From: Chloropicon primus
Lineage: Eukaryota
Direction: 5' to 3'
Assembly (NCBI GenBank): GCA_023205875.1
Contig: CP060756.1
Coordinates: 682,001-746,000 of the forward strand
DNA: 64,000 bases
Positions 31,495 through 42,391 of the stretch are shown here, one piece after another. Positions within the stretch are counted from its first letter, which is position 1. Each line of letters opens with the position of its first letter. The notes under the pieces were generated by a model. It had not been told where the DNA came from. It did not search any database and worked only from the letters and a program-made list of their open reading frames with translations. Both the position numbers and the translations under genes were made by a program.

Positions 31495-32626
31495 TTAAAC
31501 CTTGACGCTCTTCGCCCTGACGTAGCACGCCACCCCGACGAGGGTGATCATGTAGCCCGCGGCGGCGAGCCCAGTCACCCTGTCCCCAAATATAAGCACT
31601 CCCGCGATGACGTTCAGGACCCCCTTGGAGTTCCCGATGACCTGGAAGCTCAGGGCGCTGGACAGCTGGATGAGGAGAAACTGCGTGTAGTTCGCGCCGT
31701 ACGCTGTTATGGGGTTGACGACCAGAAGCGATGCGAACTGCCAAAACCCGTAGTCCGCGTCGCCGGTCTCCGATTGCAGCCAAGCGTACAGGGACCCGCT
31801 CTCCATGACCACGCCCAGCAGAAACAGGATGATCATGGCGTCCGTGGCCATGTACCTCAGGAGGTTCGGGCTGCTCATTTTCTGCTCGCCCTGGAGGAGG
31901 TAGCCCTGCCAGACCGTCTTCAGACCCCTGAAGAACGTCGAGGACAGCGTCAGGAAGAGGCCCACGAGGGTGAACCCCTTGCCCCCCAGGGCCTTGCCGT
32001 ACGTGGTGACCAGCGCTCCTCCCACAATGACGACCAGCGAGGCGTACACGCTCCTGCTGTAGACGGTGTTGAAGAAGACAAACCCGAGTATGCACACGAA
32101 GAACGGTGTCGTGGCCCCGACCATCACCGTGTAAGACACGTCGATGTACTCCAACGACCAGTTCCCGCACCAAAGGGAGACCGCGAACTGTATGGCGAGC
32201 CACCTTATGTTGGTCCTCTGCCTCGCGCAAGCCACGGTCTGCTTCTGGAAGACTTTGAGGACGTCAATCATGAGGTACGAAAACCCCACGGTCGTTGCCA
32301 TATGCAGGGAGGTGAGGAAGATGGGAAAGTTGAACCCCATCCGACCGATCAACTGCTTGTTCGTCATGATGACGAACGAGTTGCTCCAGTAGTACAAGAC
32401 CACGATGGCGAGGAACTGCGCGCGCGCAAATAAGAAAAACAAAATCGTCAGCATCTCTCTCTCTCTTCTTGGGGCGGTGATGATGACTAACCTTGAGCGC
32501 ATCCTTCCCCCCCCTCCTCGCCTTGCTAGCGTAAGCCTCCCCTCCCCCCGGATACTTGCCCTCCGGCGGGGACACCGTCAACCTCACGGTGTCATCTACA
32601 ACCGGCGCTCTCTTCCCTCCCGCCAT
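31495..32626 (-). CDS. Nucleotide-sugar/triose-phosphate transporter family (TPT/EamA), 2 exons
   Basis: NKQLIGRMGFNFPIFLTSLHM, GNWSLEYIDVS, SALSFQVIGNSKG. The intron spans 32416-32491 (GTTAGT...GCAG), phase 0. Confidence 0.88.
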
Positions 32627-32950
32627 CCCCTCCCCTCCTCTCCCGTCTTCGTAACGGCCGGCGCTCCCCTCGCCCCCCGATTGAGAGAGAGAGAGACCTC
32701 GCCCTTCGCCCCAATCTCTCAAATCGGATAAGGGTGGCGCCCGCCAGTGGAAGGAGAGGAAGAGGACTGGACGACGACGAGGAGACACACGAGGAGGGAC
32801 ACGAGTGCAGGACATTGCGAGAATCTCGCGACGCGTTCCGTGTTGTGTGACGTGCGCCGGAGACGCCGCCCCGCGCCACGCGAAAGAAGGGAAGGGAAGG
32901 GAAACGAAAACGAAAATTACTGTTTTTGTATCCTCTGGAGAGAGGATAGG

Positions 32951-33669
32951 ATGGGGATCATGGACTTTGGTTTCGACTTGAGGACGGACCTCGTGAAGCA
33001 GCACGACTTCATGAACATGTTCATCCTTCCGCTTATAGGGCTGATGAGCGTTTTTTCGACCTTGACCGGGAACCCGACGTCTTGCCTCGTCGTGATCCGG
33101 ACGCTGATCACTTACATGGCCTGCGATGCCATCTATATCGCTCTGAGGCCTGGGAGCGTTCCGAGGTATGTGCCGGGACGGAACAATGTGCTGGTTGCAT
33201 CGATCCCCTGACTGACTGACTGACTGACTGACTCTCTCTCTCTCTCTCTCTCTCTCCCTCTCTCTCTCTCTGTCTTCCTCTTCCTCGCAGCGCGAAACTC
33301 GTTCTCTTCCACCACTTTGTGAGTGTCTGTGGCCTGTCCCACGGCTTGCGCTTTGCCCCAGCGATAAGGGAAGTGGCGGCCTACGGCCTGATCGAGATCC
33401 ACACCTCTTTCATGACCTACAGGAGGCTGACGGGCCTGAGGAGCCCCTCGTTCGAGGCGGTGTTCCACATTGTGACCGTCCTCGTTCGCTTGGTCTTCAT
33501 ACCGGGCCTCGCCCTCGTCAGCATACGCAACTTGTACGGGTTGGGCGTGCTCTTCAAGCCCTCGGGGATGCCGGGCCTCTCCGCCGTCCTCGGCCTGAGC
33601 ATCTTCAACATCCAGTTCCTCCTGAAGAGGAAGGCCATGTTCAACTATTCCGGCAAGAAGCAGCAGTGA
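32951..33669 (+). CDS. TLC (TRAM/LAG1/CLN8)-like membrane protein, 2 exons
   Basis: Intron 33166-33290 joins TYMACDAIYIALRPGSVPS|AKLVLFHHFV. The HH motif, IEIHTSF and VLVRLV fall in a multi-TM protein. Confidence 0.7.
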
Positions 33670-34089
33670 AAGGGCCAAAGCGCGGGGGCGCTCGCTCTCG
33701 TCCTTGGGTCGGACGCCGGACAAGCCAACCAAGCCCCTTTGTAATTTTAATTATTATTTGTCACGCTTTTCTACTGAGACGCGATCCAGGCCAAGGACCT
33801 GGACCCAGCCATCTCCCCGCTTGTGGCCCCGCAAGAAGCACCCTTTCCAGATGGTGCATCTGCATCTCCACCTTCCTCACGCCGCGTGCTTGCTTCATCC
33901 TCACCATCATTGCCATCATGAGGAAGGGAAGAGGGGGAGAAGCACTTCCGTGCTGGAAAGGCAAGCGAGAAGCAGCCTCGTCCACGACTCTCTCTCTCTC
34001 TCTCCCTCCCTCCCCTCTCCCTCTCTCCCCCTCAATCTCTCCCTCAATCCTCTTTCTGGGCAGAGCAAGAGCAAGCAGCCCCAAAAACG

Positions 34090-35946
34090 ATGGGGCTTGG
34101 GGCAAGGAGGGCCCCGCGACGAGCGGCCGCACGACCAGCGCCAGGACCGAGGAGGGGCGTGGCGAGGCGGAGGGGGATGAGGGTGTGCGCGCACGAGTCC
34201 GAGAGCGTCCGCCTCTGGAATGCTCTCGTCGGGATCGAGGGCCTCCAAGCTGGCGAGGGGGAGGACACGGAGGACGCCTTCGCCAGATCGACGAAAGGTG
34301 GACTGATGGCTCTGGAGTTCGGCACGGCGGGCCTGCGGGCGAAGGAGGGTCCGGGGTGGAATCGGATGAACGCTGTCACTGTCGCGCTGACGAGCCAAGG
34401 GATCGCGGAGTACCTCCTCGCGGAGGAGGAGGGCGTGGCCGTTGGCGGTGGCGGCACCACCCCGAGCGTCTGCATTGGGTTTGATGGCCGCGAGGGGAGC
34501 CTCTCCTTTGCCATCTCGGCGGCCCTCAGCTTCGCCAGCAGCGACGTGAAGGTCTACCTTTTCGACGACCTCGTCCCCACGCCCCTGCTCGCGTTTGCCA
34601 CGCGCGACTTGAACTGCAGGGCCGGGGTCATGATAACGGCCTCGCACAATCCAAAGGAGTACAACGGGTACAAGGTGTACTGGAGTAACGGGTGCCAGAT
34701 CGTTCCGCCCCTGGACAAGGGGATAGCGGACGCGATATCGCGGCAGGATTCCCTGAGGACCAGCCCAGCCCAGTGGACGCCCGCCGTCGCGAAGAGTGAC
34801 CCGCTGGTCAGCGAGCTGAGCGCCGAGGCAATGAACGCAAAGTACGTGGACGGTGTCGCCTCCGCTTTTGACTTCACTTCGACGAGCGGCCTTGGCGAGG
34901 AGAACCAGGTGGAGGTCGTGTACACCCCTCTGCACGGAGTGGGCTCGCCCTACGTCGGCAGGATGTTTGACCGCTGCGGTCTGAGACCCTTTGTGAGGGT
35001 GGCGTCCCAAGACGAGGCCGACAAGGACTTCCCCACGGTCTCTTTCCCAAACCCGGAGGAGGGGGCGGGGGTGTGGACGGAAGCCTTCAAGGTCGCGGAC
35101 GAGAGGGGTGTCAACATCTGCGTTGCGAACGACCCGGATGCGGATCGACTGTGCTGCGCAGAGAGGGACGGCGCGGACTGGCGCATCTTCAGCGGCAATG
35201 ATCTAGGCATCATGCTGGGGGATTGGATCCTCACAAAGTGGAAGGAGAAGCAGGGGGACTCCCCTGATGGAAGGGGGACCCCTGCCATGCTGACAACCGC
35301 GGTGAGCGCCCGAGTCCTCCAGGGCATGTGCCAGCGCGAGGGGGTGCACTTTGAGGAGACGCTGACGGGGTTCAAGTGGCTGGGCAACAGGGCGCTCGAG
35401 CTCCAGCAGGAGGGGTACGAGGTTCTGTTCGCGTACGAAGAGGCTATCGGGTTCATGATCGGGGGCACTGGCGTGGTCGACAAGGATGGAGTCGCAGCCG
35501 CTGCAGTGTTCGTTGACATGCTGAATCACGTGTACAAGCGCAACACCACCCTGCAGGAGCATCTGCAAAGCTTGTACGACAAGTACGGGGAGAGACTGTA
35601 CAAGCAAGGATACTTCGTCATCGATGCCACCATCAACACAGACGAGGTGCTTGCGGGCCTGAGGCGTGAGTACCCCTCCGAGGTAGGAGGCCTGAAAGTG
35701 AAATCGGTGAGGGACATGGGGACGGGCTTGGACACCGCAGAAGAGTCGAGGGTGACGAAGCTCCCTTGGTCCAAGGGAGACAAGATGATCACGTTCAGGT
35801 TCCATGACAACGGGTTCTGCACGATCAGGGCCTCGGGCACGGAGCCGAAGCTGAAGTATTACATTGACTTGCCCACGAAGGACGAGGACGGGAGCGAAGT
35901 GGATATCTCGGCGGTGGAGGACAACATCAGCAGCTGGCTGGCGTAA
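34090..35946 (+). CDS. Alpha-D-phosphohexomutase, PGM2/phosphopentomutase type
   Basis: FGTAGLR, catalytic ITASHNP, metal-binding NDPDADR, YEEAIG and RASGTEPKLKYY. Confidence 0.92.
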   Translation: MGLGARRAPRRAAARPAPGPRRGVARRRGMRVCAHESESVRLWNALVGIEGLQAGEGEDTEDAFARSTKGGLMALEFGTAGLRAKEGPGWNRMNAVTVALTSQGIAEYLLAEEEGVAVGGGGTTPSVCIGFDGREGSLSFAISAALSFASSDVKVYLFDDLVPTPLLAFATRDLNCRAGVMITASHNPKEYNGYKVYWSNGCQIVPPLDKGIADAISRQDSLRTSPAQWTPAVAKSDPLVSELSAEAMNAKYVDGVASAFDFTSTSGLGEENQVEVVYTPLHGVGSPYVGRMFDRCGLRPFVRVASQDEADKDFPTVSFPNPEEGAGVWTEAFKVADERGVNICVANDPDADRLCCAERDGADWRIFSGNDLGIMLGDWILTKWKEKQGDSPDGRGTPAMLTTAVSARVLQGMCQREGVHFEETLTGFKWLGNRALELQQEGYEVLFAYEEAIGFMIGGTGVVDKDGVAAAAVFVDMLNHVYKRNTTLQEHLQSLYDKYGERLYKQGYFVIDATINTDEVLAGLRREYPSEVGGLKVKSVRDMGTGLDTAEESRVTKLPWSKGDKMITFRFHDNGFCTIRASGTEPKLKYYIDLPTKDEDGSEVDISAVEDNISSWLA

Positions 35947-36015
35947 AGACTCGGGGAGAAGGGGGAAGAAGCCTCTTTTCACCTCCCTATATTTAAAGCT
36001 TATTTTATACATAAA

Positions 36016-37836
36016 TTAGACGGTGAAGGGCGCCGACTCGTCGTACTCTGGCTTCTTTAGCCGCTGGATCAGATTGTCACCCCCGAACCTGAACTTGCTC
36101 ACTTCCGCGATGGCGATACGGATGCCGCCAACCGTCGTGCTCGTGTTGTCTGGATCGATGTAGTCGCAGCTATAGACCACGAGCACCCGATTCGGATTCT
36201 GCTTGTCTTGGATGGCCGTCGGGTAGTGCCACCGCTGCCACAGCGCTTCTTGGTCGATGTAGTCCGGCTGCAAGGACCCCTGATCGTGCCAAGTCTTCCC
36301 CTCGTCTTTGGACACCCCGACCCTCAGGTTTATCCTCCTCCTGTCGTAGGACTGGTGGTTATACGTGACGAGAAGATCCCCGCTAGCGAGCTTTATGAGG
36401 TTGAACTTCGAGTTTGGGTTCGGCAGCGCGTACTCCTCCGCTTCGGACCAGGTCTTCCCCCCGTCAACAGACCTGCTGCTGTACATGCTGCCCTGCACCG
36501 TCCTGAACAGCTGAAGCAGGCTCGTATCGGCGAGCTCCACCAAGGTGCCCTCGATCAGCCAAGTGAATGGGTGCGAAATGGTTTTCGACACCTCCCAAGT
36601 GTGCCCCTTGTCCGAGCTTATCAGCACACCGGCCTTCCCTTCGCCATCCGTGACGCATGTATCGGTCGCCTCGGCAGCGCCAGAGACCTCCTGCCACCAC
36701 GGGAGGACCAGCTTACCGCTGCTCGTCAAAATGGGTTGGTTCGCGATAACTTTCGGGATCCCGTGGTCGGCGTCCGTCTGGTGCAAGATCGCGGTCGGCT
36801 TGGTCCACGCTATGCCGTCCACGGATTTGACGTACTTGATGGCGCCTCCCGGCGACCACCTCTGTGGGACTTCCCGGCCCAGGTTGTCCTGCCTCGGGGG
36901 CCTCATGCACGAGACGCTCTCCGAGTAGAACAGGAAAAGGACGTTTCCCTCAAGGAACAGGACTGGACTCCACACGCACCCGCTCTCCCTCAGCGGGATC
37001 TCGAGGTGGGACGTCCATGTCCTGGCATCCAGAGACAGCGAGCAGCGGAAGTGCTGGTCGTCCGTCCCCTCGTGCCTGTGAGCCGTCTGCCAGCACGCGA
37101 TCCAGTTGAAGAGAGACAGCTTTGGCAAGGCAGATATCATTGCCATGTGGCTGTAGTGCGTCTTCCCCTCGTTCTGGTATACCCAATACTGGGGCAGAGC
37201 GTCGCTCTTCTCGTGGCCTGCCCTGTAAACGACCTCCTCGACCTCCTCCACGCCGTTCTCGCCCACCAGCTCGTCCCCCTGAATCTTCGTGGCGTTATAA
37301 AATATGGGCTTGTGGCCGTGCAGCTTGATCGCCCTTCCCTTCAAGACCTTCATCAGGAGGTCCTGCGCGTGCTTGATCTTCAGCGCGTCCTCCTCGCTCT
37401 CTTCCCTCACGACGATCTCGTCCAAGACCATAGCCTCCTCCTTGGCTATGCGCTCCATCTCAGTCTTGTTCATACTCACGAGCTCCCTCTCTATCTTCTT
37501 TAGCTGTTCCATCAGGATCTGGTTGTGTGTCTTGTAGAACTCCGCTTCCTCCTCGATCTTGTTCGTCGTCTCCACCAAGTTCTCCCTCTCCGAGTGGTGA
37601 TGCCTCGAGCGGCTCTCGATATCGGACCGGAGCAGACTCACATCCTCATTGGCCTTGGCGAGCTCCACCTCGGCCTTGTGCAGCTTGTCCCTCACCTTGT
37701 GGAGGCTGTCCCCCAGCAGCATGGAATCGTGCATAGCGAGAAGCCTGCGGTGGTGCTCCCTATAAGTGCACACGAAGAGCGCCAGGAACGCTACGAAGAT
37801 TGTGGCGTACACTCTCATGCTGTGACCCCTTGCCAT
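36016..37836 (-). CDS. Type II membrane BNR/Asp-box (sialidase-like) beta-propeller protein
   Basis: N-terminal TM, coiled-coil stem, Asp boxes SSDKGHTW, SVDGGKTW and SKDEGKTW, plus LPNPNSK and HYPTAIQ. Confidence 0.82.
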   Translation of the reverse strand: MARGHSMRVYATIFVAFLALFVCTYREHHRRLLAMHDSMLLGDSLHKVRDKLHKAEVELAKANEDVSLLRSDIESRSRHHHSERENLVETTNKIEEEAEFYKTHNQILMEQLKKIERELVSMNKTEMERIAKEEAMVLDEIVVREESEEDALKIKHAQDLLMKVLKGRAIKLHGHKPIFYNATKIQGDELVGENGVEEVEEVVYRAGHEKSDALPQYWVYQNEGKTHYSHMAMISALPKLSLFNWIACWQTAHRHEGTDDQHFRCSLSLDARTWTSHLEIPLRESGCVWSPVLFLEGNVLFLFYSESVSCMRPPRQDNLGREVPQRWSPGGAIKYVKSVDGIAWTKPTAILHQTDADHGIPKVIANQPILTSSGKLVLPWWQEVSGAAEATDTCVTDGEGKAGVLISSDKGHTWEVSKTISHPFTWLIEGTLVELADTSLLQLFRTVQGSMYSSRSVDGGKTWSEAEEYALPNPNSKFNLIKLASGDLLVTYNHQSYDRRRINLRVGVSKDEGKTWHDQGSLQPDYIDQEALWQRWHYPTAIQDKQNPNRVLVVYSCDYIDPDNTSTTVGGIRIAIAEVSKFRFGGDNLIQRLKKPEYDESAPFTV

Positions 37837-38414
37837 CCTGCTCCCTTCTCACACACCACTCCGTCCCAGCTTGATAACCTCGACAGTCGGGCCGTTGACG
37901 ATGCGACTTCCTGCCTCCCACTTTATCCTGTCACCATTCCCGACAACGCAAGCATTACTCCTGCACACCTTCCCACACCTCCCTCCTCTCCCTGCCACCA
38001 AGCGCTGTCCGCCCTTCCCTTTCGCTGTCTCAAGACCTCGCCCCTTGCCTGCTGGGTCGTATGCTTCGACCAAGGAGTCAAACGAAAGAGAATGCGAAGA
38101 CGATCCTTCCGCCTGAACACGCTTGCCCTTTCCCCTCCGTCCTCTCGCTCCGCTGCCGTGGACGCTTCCTCTCTGTCCTCAACCTCCTCTCCTCCCCTGT
38201 TGGCGCGTCACTATACGACACACGAGGAGTGTGCGAGAGAGAGAGGATGAGGCGAAGGAAAGTGGAGTGAGGAGGGCGACCGAGGGGGGAAGGGTGCGCG
38301 AGTCGGGTGCTTCGCGAGAGGCCTTGCCGCGATCTTTCGATAGGTACCTCGGTTGTTGAATTTGGCAAAGGGATTCGAGAACCGCGGTCACGATAATATT
38401 GGGGTGTGTTTCGG

Positions 38415-40562
38415 ATGGCTTTCGACAGGAAGGGAGCGAAAGGTGGGAAGAGGGGCGAGGGGAAGGGGAGGGGGAAGGGGGGGGACAATGCCGACAGATC
38501 GGAGGGCGAAAAGTCTCTGCCTTGGTTGTGGTCCTTTGTCGTTTTCGGGATCCACCTCGTCGTTTACGCAGGAACACTTTTCCCGAGCATCTCTGGAGGG
38601 GACGCGACAGAGCTGGTCTTCAATGCTTGCCAGCTGAGTGTGCCGCATCCACCGGGGTATCCCCTCTTCACTATGATCGAGTGGGTCTTCATCAAGGCGC
38701 TGGGCGCGATGGGGAAGAACCCTGCGTACTGTGCGAACTTGGCTGCTGCATTTCTTGGAGCTCTGGCGGTTTTCTTCCTCTTCCTGACCGTTGCTGAGAT
38801 CACCGACGGCGACCTTGCCTCGGCGGTGGTGGCCTCCGTGATCTTCGGATCCTCCAGACTGGTTTGGATGTACTCGATTCAGGCGGAAGTCTTCTCCCTG
38901 AACAATCTGTTCGCGTGTGCCCTGTTTTTCCTCACGGCCCGGTACGCGAGACCTGGAGACAAGGCGGGGAGAAAGGGCCTCGCCTACTTTGGCTCCTTTC
39001 TGTGTGGGCTCGCTCTGACGAACCAGCACACCATAGTCTTTTACGTTGTGACTTGCGTGTGCTTCGTGTACTGGCAGGGCTTCAAGACCCTGTTCACGCC
39101 GAGGTGCTCCTTGATTCTCGCCGCAGCTTTCCTCGCTGGCCTGAGCCCTTACGCCTACCTGTTCTTGGCCCCAGGATTCGGGGAGCCGGGGTCTTGGGGG
39201 GACACGTCGACCGTCGGCGGCTTCCTGACCCATCTGCTCCGGAGGGAGTACGGCACGTTCCGGCTCTTCTCGGGGAATGATGCGCAGGACAACAATCTGC
39301 TGCTGGGCCTGGCAAGGTACTGGGAGGCCGCCACGAGCGAGGACTATGGCTTGGCCGCATTTCTCGCAGGTGTTGGGGTCGTCTTGGGATCGTTTTGCCA
39401 CAAGCGATCGAGGGCAGGAATCGCGTGCGTCTTCTTCGCCTTCTGCTTCTACACTGTCACCTTCCATTACTTGGCGAATTTGCCCCTCAGCAGCGAGCTT
39501 CACCTGGGCGTCCACGCCAGGTTCTGGATGCAGAGCCACGTCGGCCTGCACATCCTCGCGGGCGCGGGAATTTCTTGCGTCTTCAAAGCAGCCGGATCGT
39601 TCGCGGGGAGCAAAAGGGTCTTGGATCAGGCCACCCTGCTTCCCCTCAGCATGCTCCTCGTTGCCATACTCTTCGGGTCCAAGTACAAGACCATGGACGA
39701 GAGCGAGAACTACATCATTTACAACGCCTTTCGGGACATTCTCGGGACCTTTCCCCAGGGCTCCAAGGTCATCGTCAAGGGGGACCTCTTCACCAACTCG
39801 ATCAGGTACCTGCAGCGTTGCGAAAACTTCAGAAGGGACGTGGAGCTGGTCGACCAAGCCATGCTCACGTACGAGTGGTTCGTCCGCGTGCAGTCCAAAA
39901 ACTTTCCCTCCTTCACTTGGCCCGGCACCCACTACCACCCGTTTCAGGAGACGAGCTTCTCGATGCACGAGTTGCTGCGAGCGAACCACCGGGGGAAGGA
40001 GGACCCCGTCTTCATGCTGGGCGGGTGGAACCCCCAGGACCCCACGGTTCCCGGCCAGTACCAGCTGGTCCCCTGGGGCTTCGCGGACCTCGTGGCCCCG
40101 AGGCACGATCCTTACGAGAGGTGGGGCGGGAGCATCTGGTCCTGGTACGAGGAGTGCGCGGCCTTGAGGCCGGGCGCGGTGGACTTGCCGAGCCACTTCG
40201 AGGGGGACCGCTGGGAGGCCGTGGTGCACTCGGACGCTACCGACATCCCGGCCAAGGAGGCCGTGAACTTTTTGAACTACGCCCTGGCCAACGGGGACGA
40301 CTTGCGGGCTCTGGAGAAGGCGGAGGAGATGATGAGCGACCACATCGGCGCGGGCCTCGGCATCAAGCCCCACCACTACAGGAACTTGGGCATTACCCGT
40401 AACAGGCTGATGACCCACCCCGAGCACAACAACGCCGAGATGTACGACAAGACCAGGGAGGCCTTCCGAACTTACCTCGACCTCGCGGACGCCGCTGAGG
40501 AGGCCGTCCACGAGAGGGAAGCCATCGAGCAGGTCCTCCAATACGAACCCCGACCTCTCTAG
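38415..40562 (+). CDS. TMEM260: TMEM260-like (DUF2723) GT-C protein O-mannosyltransferase
   Basis: PSISGGDATEL...VPHPPGYPLF, QAEVFSLNN, GLALTNQHT, SWGDT...HLLRREYGTF and RFWMQ. Confidence 0.88.
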   Translation: MAFDRKGAKGGKRGEGKGRGKGGDNADRSEGEKSLPWLWSFVVFGIHLVVYAGTLFPSISGGDATELVFNACQLSVPHPPGYPLFTMIEWVFIKALGAMGKNPAYCANLAAAFLGALAVFFLFLTVAEITDGDLASAVVASVIFGSSRLVWMYSIQAEVFSLNNLFACALFFLTARYARPGDKAGRKGLAYFGSFLCGLALTNQHTIVFYVVTCVCFVYWQGFKTLFTPRCSLILAAAFLAGLSPYAYLFLAPGFGEPGSWGDTSTVGGFLTHLLRREYGTFRLFSGNDAQDNNLLLGLARYWEAATSEDYGLAAFLAGVGVVLGSFCHKRSRAGIACVFFAFCFYTVTFHYLANLPLSSELHLGVHARFWMQSHVGLHILAGAGISCVFKAAGSFAGSKRVLDQATLLPLSMLLVAILFGSKYKTMDESENYIIYNAFRDILGTFPQGSKVIVKGDLFTNSIRYLQRCENFRRDVELVDQAMLTYEWFVRVQSKNFPSFTWPGTHYHPFQETSFSMHELLRANHRGKEDPVFMLGGWNPQDPTVPGQYQLVPWGFADLVAPRHDPYERWGGSIWSWYEECAALRPGAVDLPSHFEGDRWEAVVHSDATDIPAKEAVNFLNYALANGDDLRALEKAEEMMSDHIGAGLGIKPHHYRNLGITRNRLMTHPEHNNAEMYDKTREAFRTYLDLADAAEEAVHEREAIEQVLQYEPRPL

Positions 40563-41081
40563 CAGGACAGGTTTTCAGGAGGTCTTGGTCGGAGAGGAGA
40601 GGAACCCAAAAGAAAAAAGTAACAACAATAAAAACACAAAAAAGACATCAAGGGTCCCAAGTAGTCAGCGGCAGCAAACAAACAAACCGAACACGAACAC
40701 AAACAGACAAGAGGGTGAGTGGGTGGGGGTGGGGGTAAGTTATGCCGGGCCACTTTGGATCCACCTGGGACCCACTCTCACCTTGAGGCGTTTGGACCCG
40801 AGCATGCGTTGGGTAGTGCTGAGCCTCGAGATCTCCGTCTCCATCGAAGATCTCCGATCGTACAAGAGAATGCGCGAGATGTGAGGCCAGCGTGGACCTG
40901 CGTGGCTGGCTGGGGAGAGAAAAGGGGAGGGAGAAGAGACCGAGGCGAAAGACGACTTGGAGGATCGAGGGGACTGGCTGCACCTGACCCTGTTCCGTCG
41001 TCCTCTCCTCCCGTTGCACCCGTCTTCTCTCGCACGCACAGCTTCAACAAAAACGAGCGACAACGACATCATCCAGAGAAG

Positions 41082-42221
41082 ATGGCGAAGACGACCGAGG
41101 AGGGGAGGCTCTCCGAGGCGTGGCTCGACCGGGGCACGCTGGGCGTTCCCGTTCACCTGAAATCCCGCGGGCGCTACTGGGGCTGCAGTGGGGACCGCGT
41201 GGCCTTTGACAAGAAGGGCGCGTGCTGCGACGAGAAATTCGTCCTGAGCACGGACGTGGAGAAAGGCGTGCACGTGCTGAAGACGGAGGACGGCCGCTGC
41301 TGCAGCTTCCGGCCCGGTGGGCCGATCGAGCTCGTGAAGCACGACGAGATGCTCGGGTACGAATCCGTCCGCTCGCTTGGCGGAGCCAGGCTCGCGGGCG
41401 CATCGCTGGAGGTCCGAGGGGAGGTCTGCATAGGCTCTGCCTCTTGGGGCGGCCTCCTGGAGCCCCTCGACAAGGGCCTCGTCGCCTTCCGCGGCGAGGG
41501 GGGCGGGTCCGCTTCCGCGAGGAAGTGGAACCTGGTGCACCGCGGCAACAGCATATTCACGATCACGCTGGTCCAGAAACCCTCAGCGGCAAGGAGGGGG
41601 GTGAGGAGGCAGAAAAGGGAGCAAGTCCTCTTCGTCGGCAAGGGCAACGAGGTCGGGATCACCAGCGAGGACTCGCACGTCTTTCCGTCCAGGGCGTCGC
41701 TGTTCCAGGTGAAGCCAAGAGTGGTGGGGGGGGTGCTTTGCTTCACGATTGAGCACCAGCGCGGCAGGTTGAGCGCCTCCCCCACGGGAAGCCTGCGCGT
41801 TGCGCCGAGCTTGGGCGGGTGGCGCAAGCCCGGCACCTCCGAGCACTTTGTCCTGTTCAGTGCCGAGAGCAGCAGCGGAGGCATGAAGCCGGCCCCGCTG
41901 CAGAATCTCTGCGCCCGAATGGTTGACGACGAGGAGCTACTGGAGCTGATTGGGCTTGGCCGTCAAGGCCGTGAGCACCAAGAAGGGGCCAAGGGAGGAG
42001 TTCCCGGGGACTTTCAGTGCTGCGCGACCTGCGGCGACGTCGTGTGTCCGCTCGAGCCCGAGACGAATCCGAACCACTATCGATACCTGGAAGTGCAGTT
42101 GAGAAGATTGAACGGAGGAACAACGACGGGCAGGAACGTCCGCGCCGGTCAGTTGGTAAAGGTCATGGGCACCCTCTTGGCCTTCACAAGACTTCGTTCC
42201 TTCTTCTTGACCCACATGTAA
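41082..42221 (+). CDS. Uncharacterised protein with fascin-like beta-trefoil repeats
   Basis: Repeated units VHLKSRGRYW...EKFVL, HVLKTEDGR and FTIEHQRGRLSASPTG...EHFVL resemble fascin/beta-trefoil strands. Confidence 0.5.
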   Translation: MAKTTEEGRLSEAWLDRGTLGVPVHLKSRGRYWGCSGDRVAFDKKGACCDEKFVLSTDVEKGVHVLKTEDGRCCSFRPGGPIELVKHDEMLGYESVRSLGGARLAGASLEVRGEVCIGSASWGGLLEPLDKGLVAFRGEGGGSASARKWNLVHRGNSIFTITLVQKPSAARRGVRRQKREQVLFVGKGNEVGITSEDSHVFPSRASLFQVKPRVVGGVLCFTIEHQRGRLSASPTGSLRVAPSLGGWRKPGTSEHFVLFSAESSSGGMKPAPLQNLCARMVDDEELLELIGLGRQGREHQEGAKGGVPGDFQCCATCGDVVCPLEPETNPNHYRYLEVQLRRLNGGTTTGRNVRAGQLVKVMGTLLAFTRLRSFFLTHM

Positions 42222-42391
42222 AACCAAAAACCATTGTTTTCATTCTTTTTCCTTCTATATATATATATATATATAAATATATATGCATGTATACCATATT
42301 AAAAAATTGATGGGGGATATTCCTCCGCTTCAAAACGTGCGCCCCCTTCCCTTCTTCTTCTGGTCTGGTGGATCCGCTCGAGAGATCAAAG

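Noticed and set aside
29279..32230. 983-aa minus-strand ORF, and similar long antisense or alternate-frame ORFs (18103-20031, 38388-40541, 51999-53867, 19242-21401)
   Set aside because: These are shadow ORFs of real genes, caused by high GC3. Their translations are low-information and contain no recognisable motifs.
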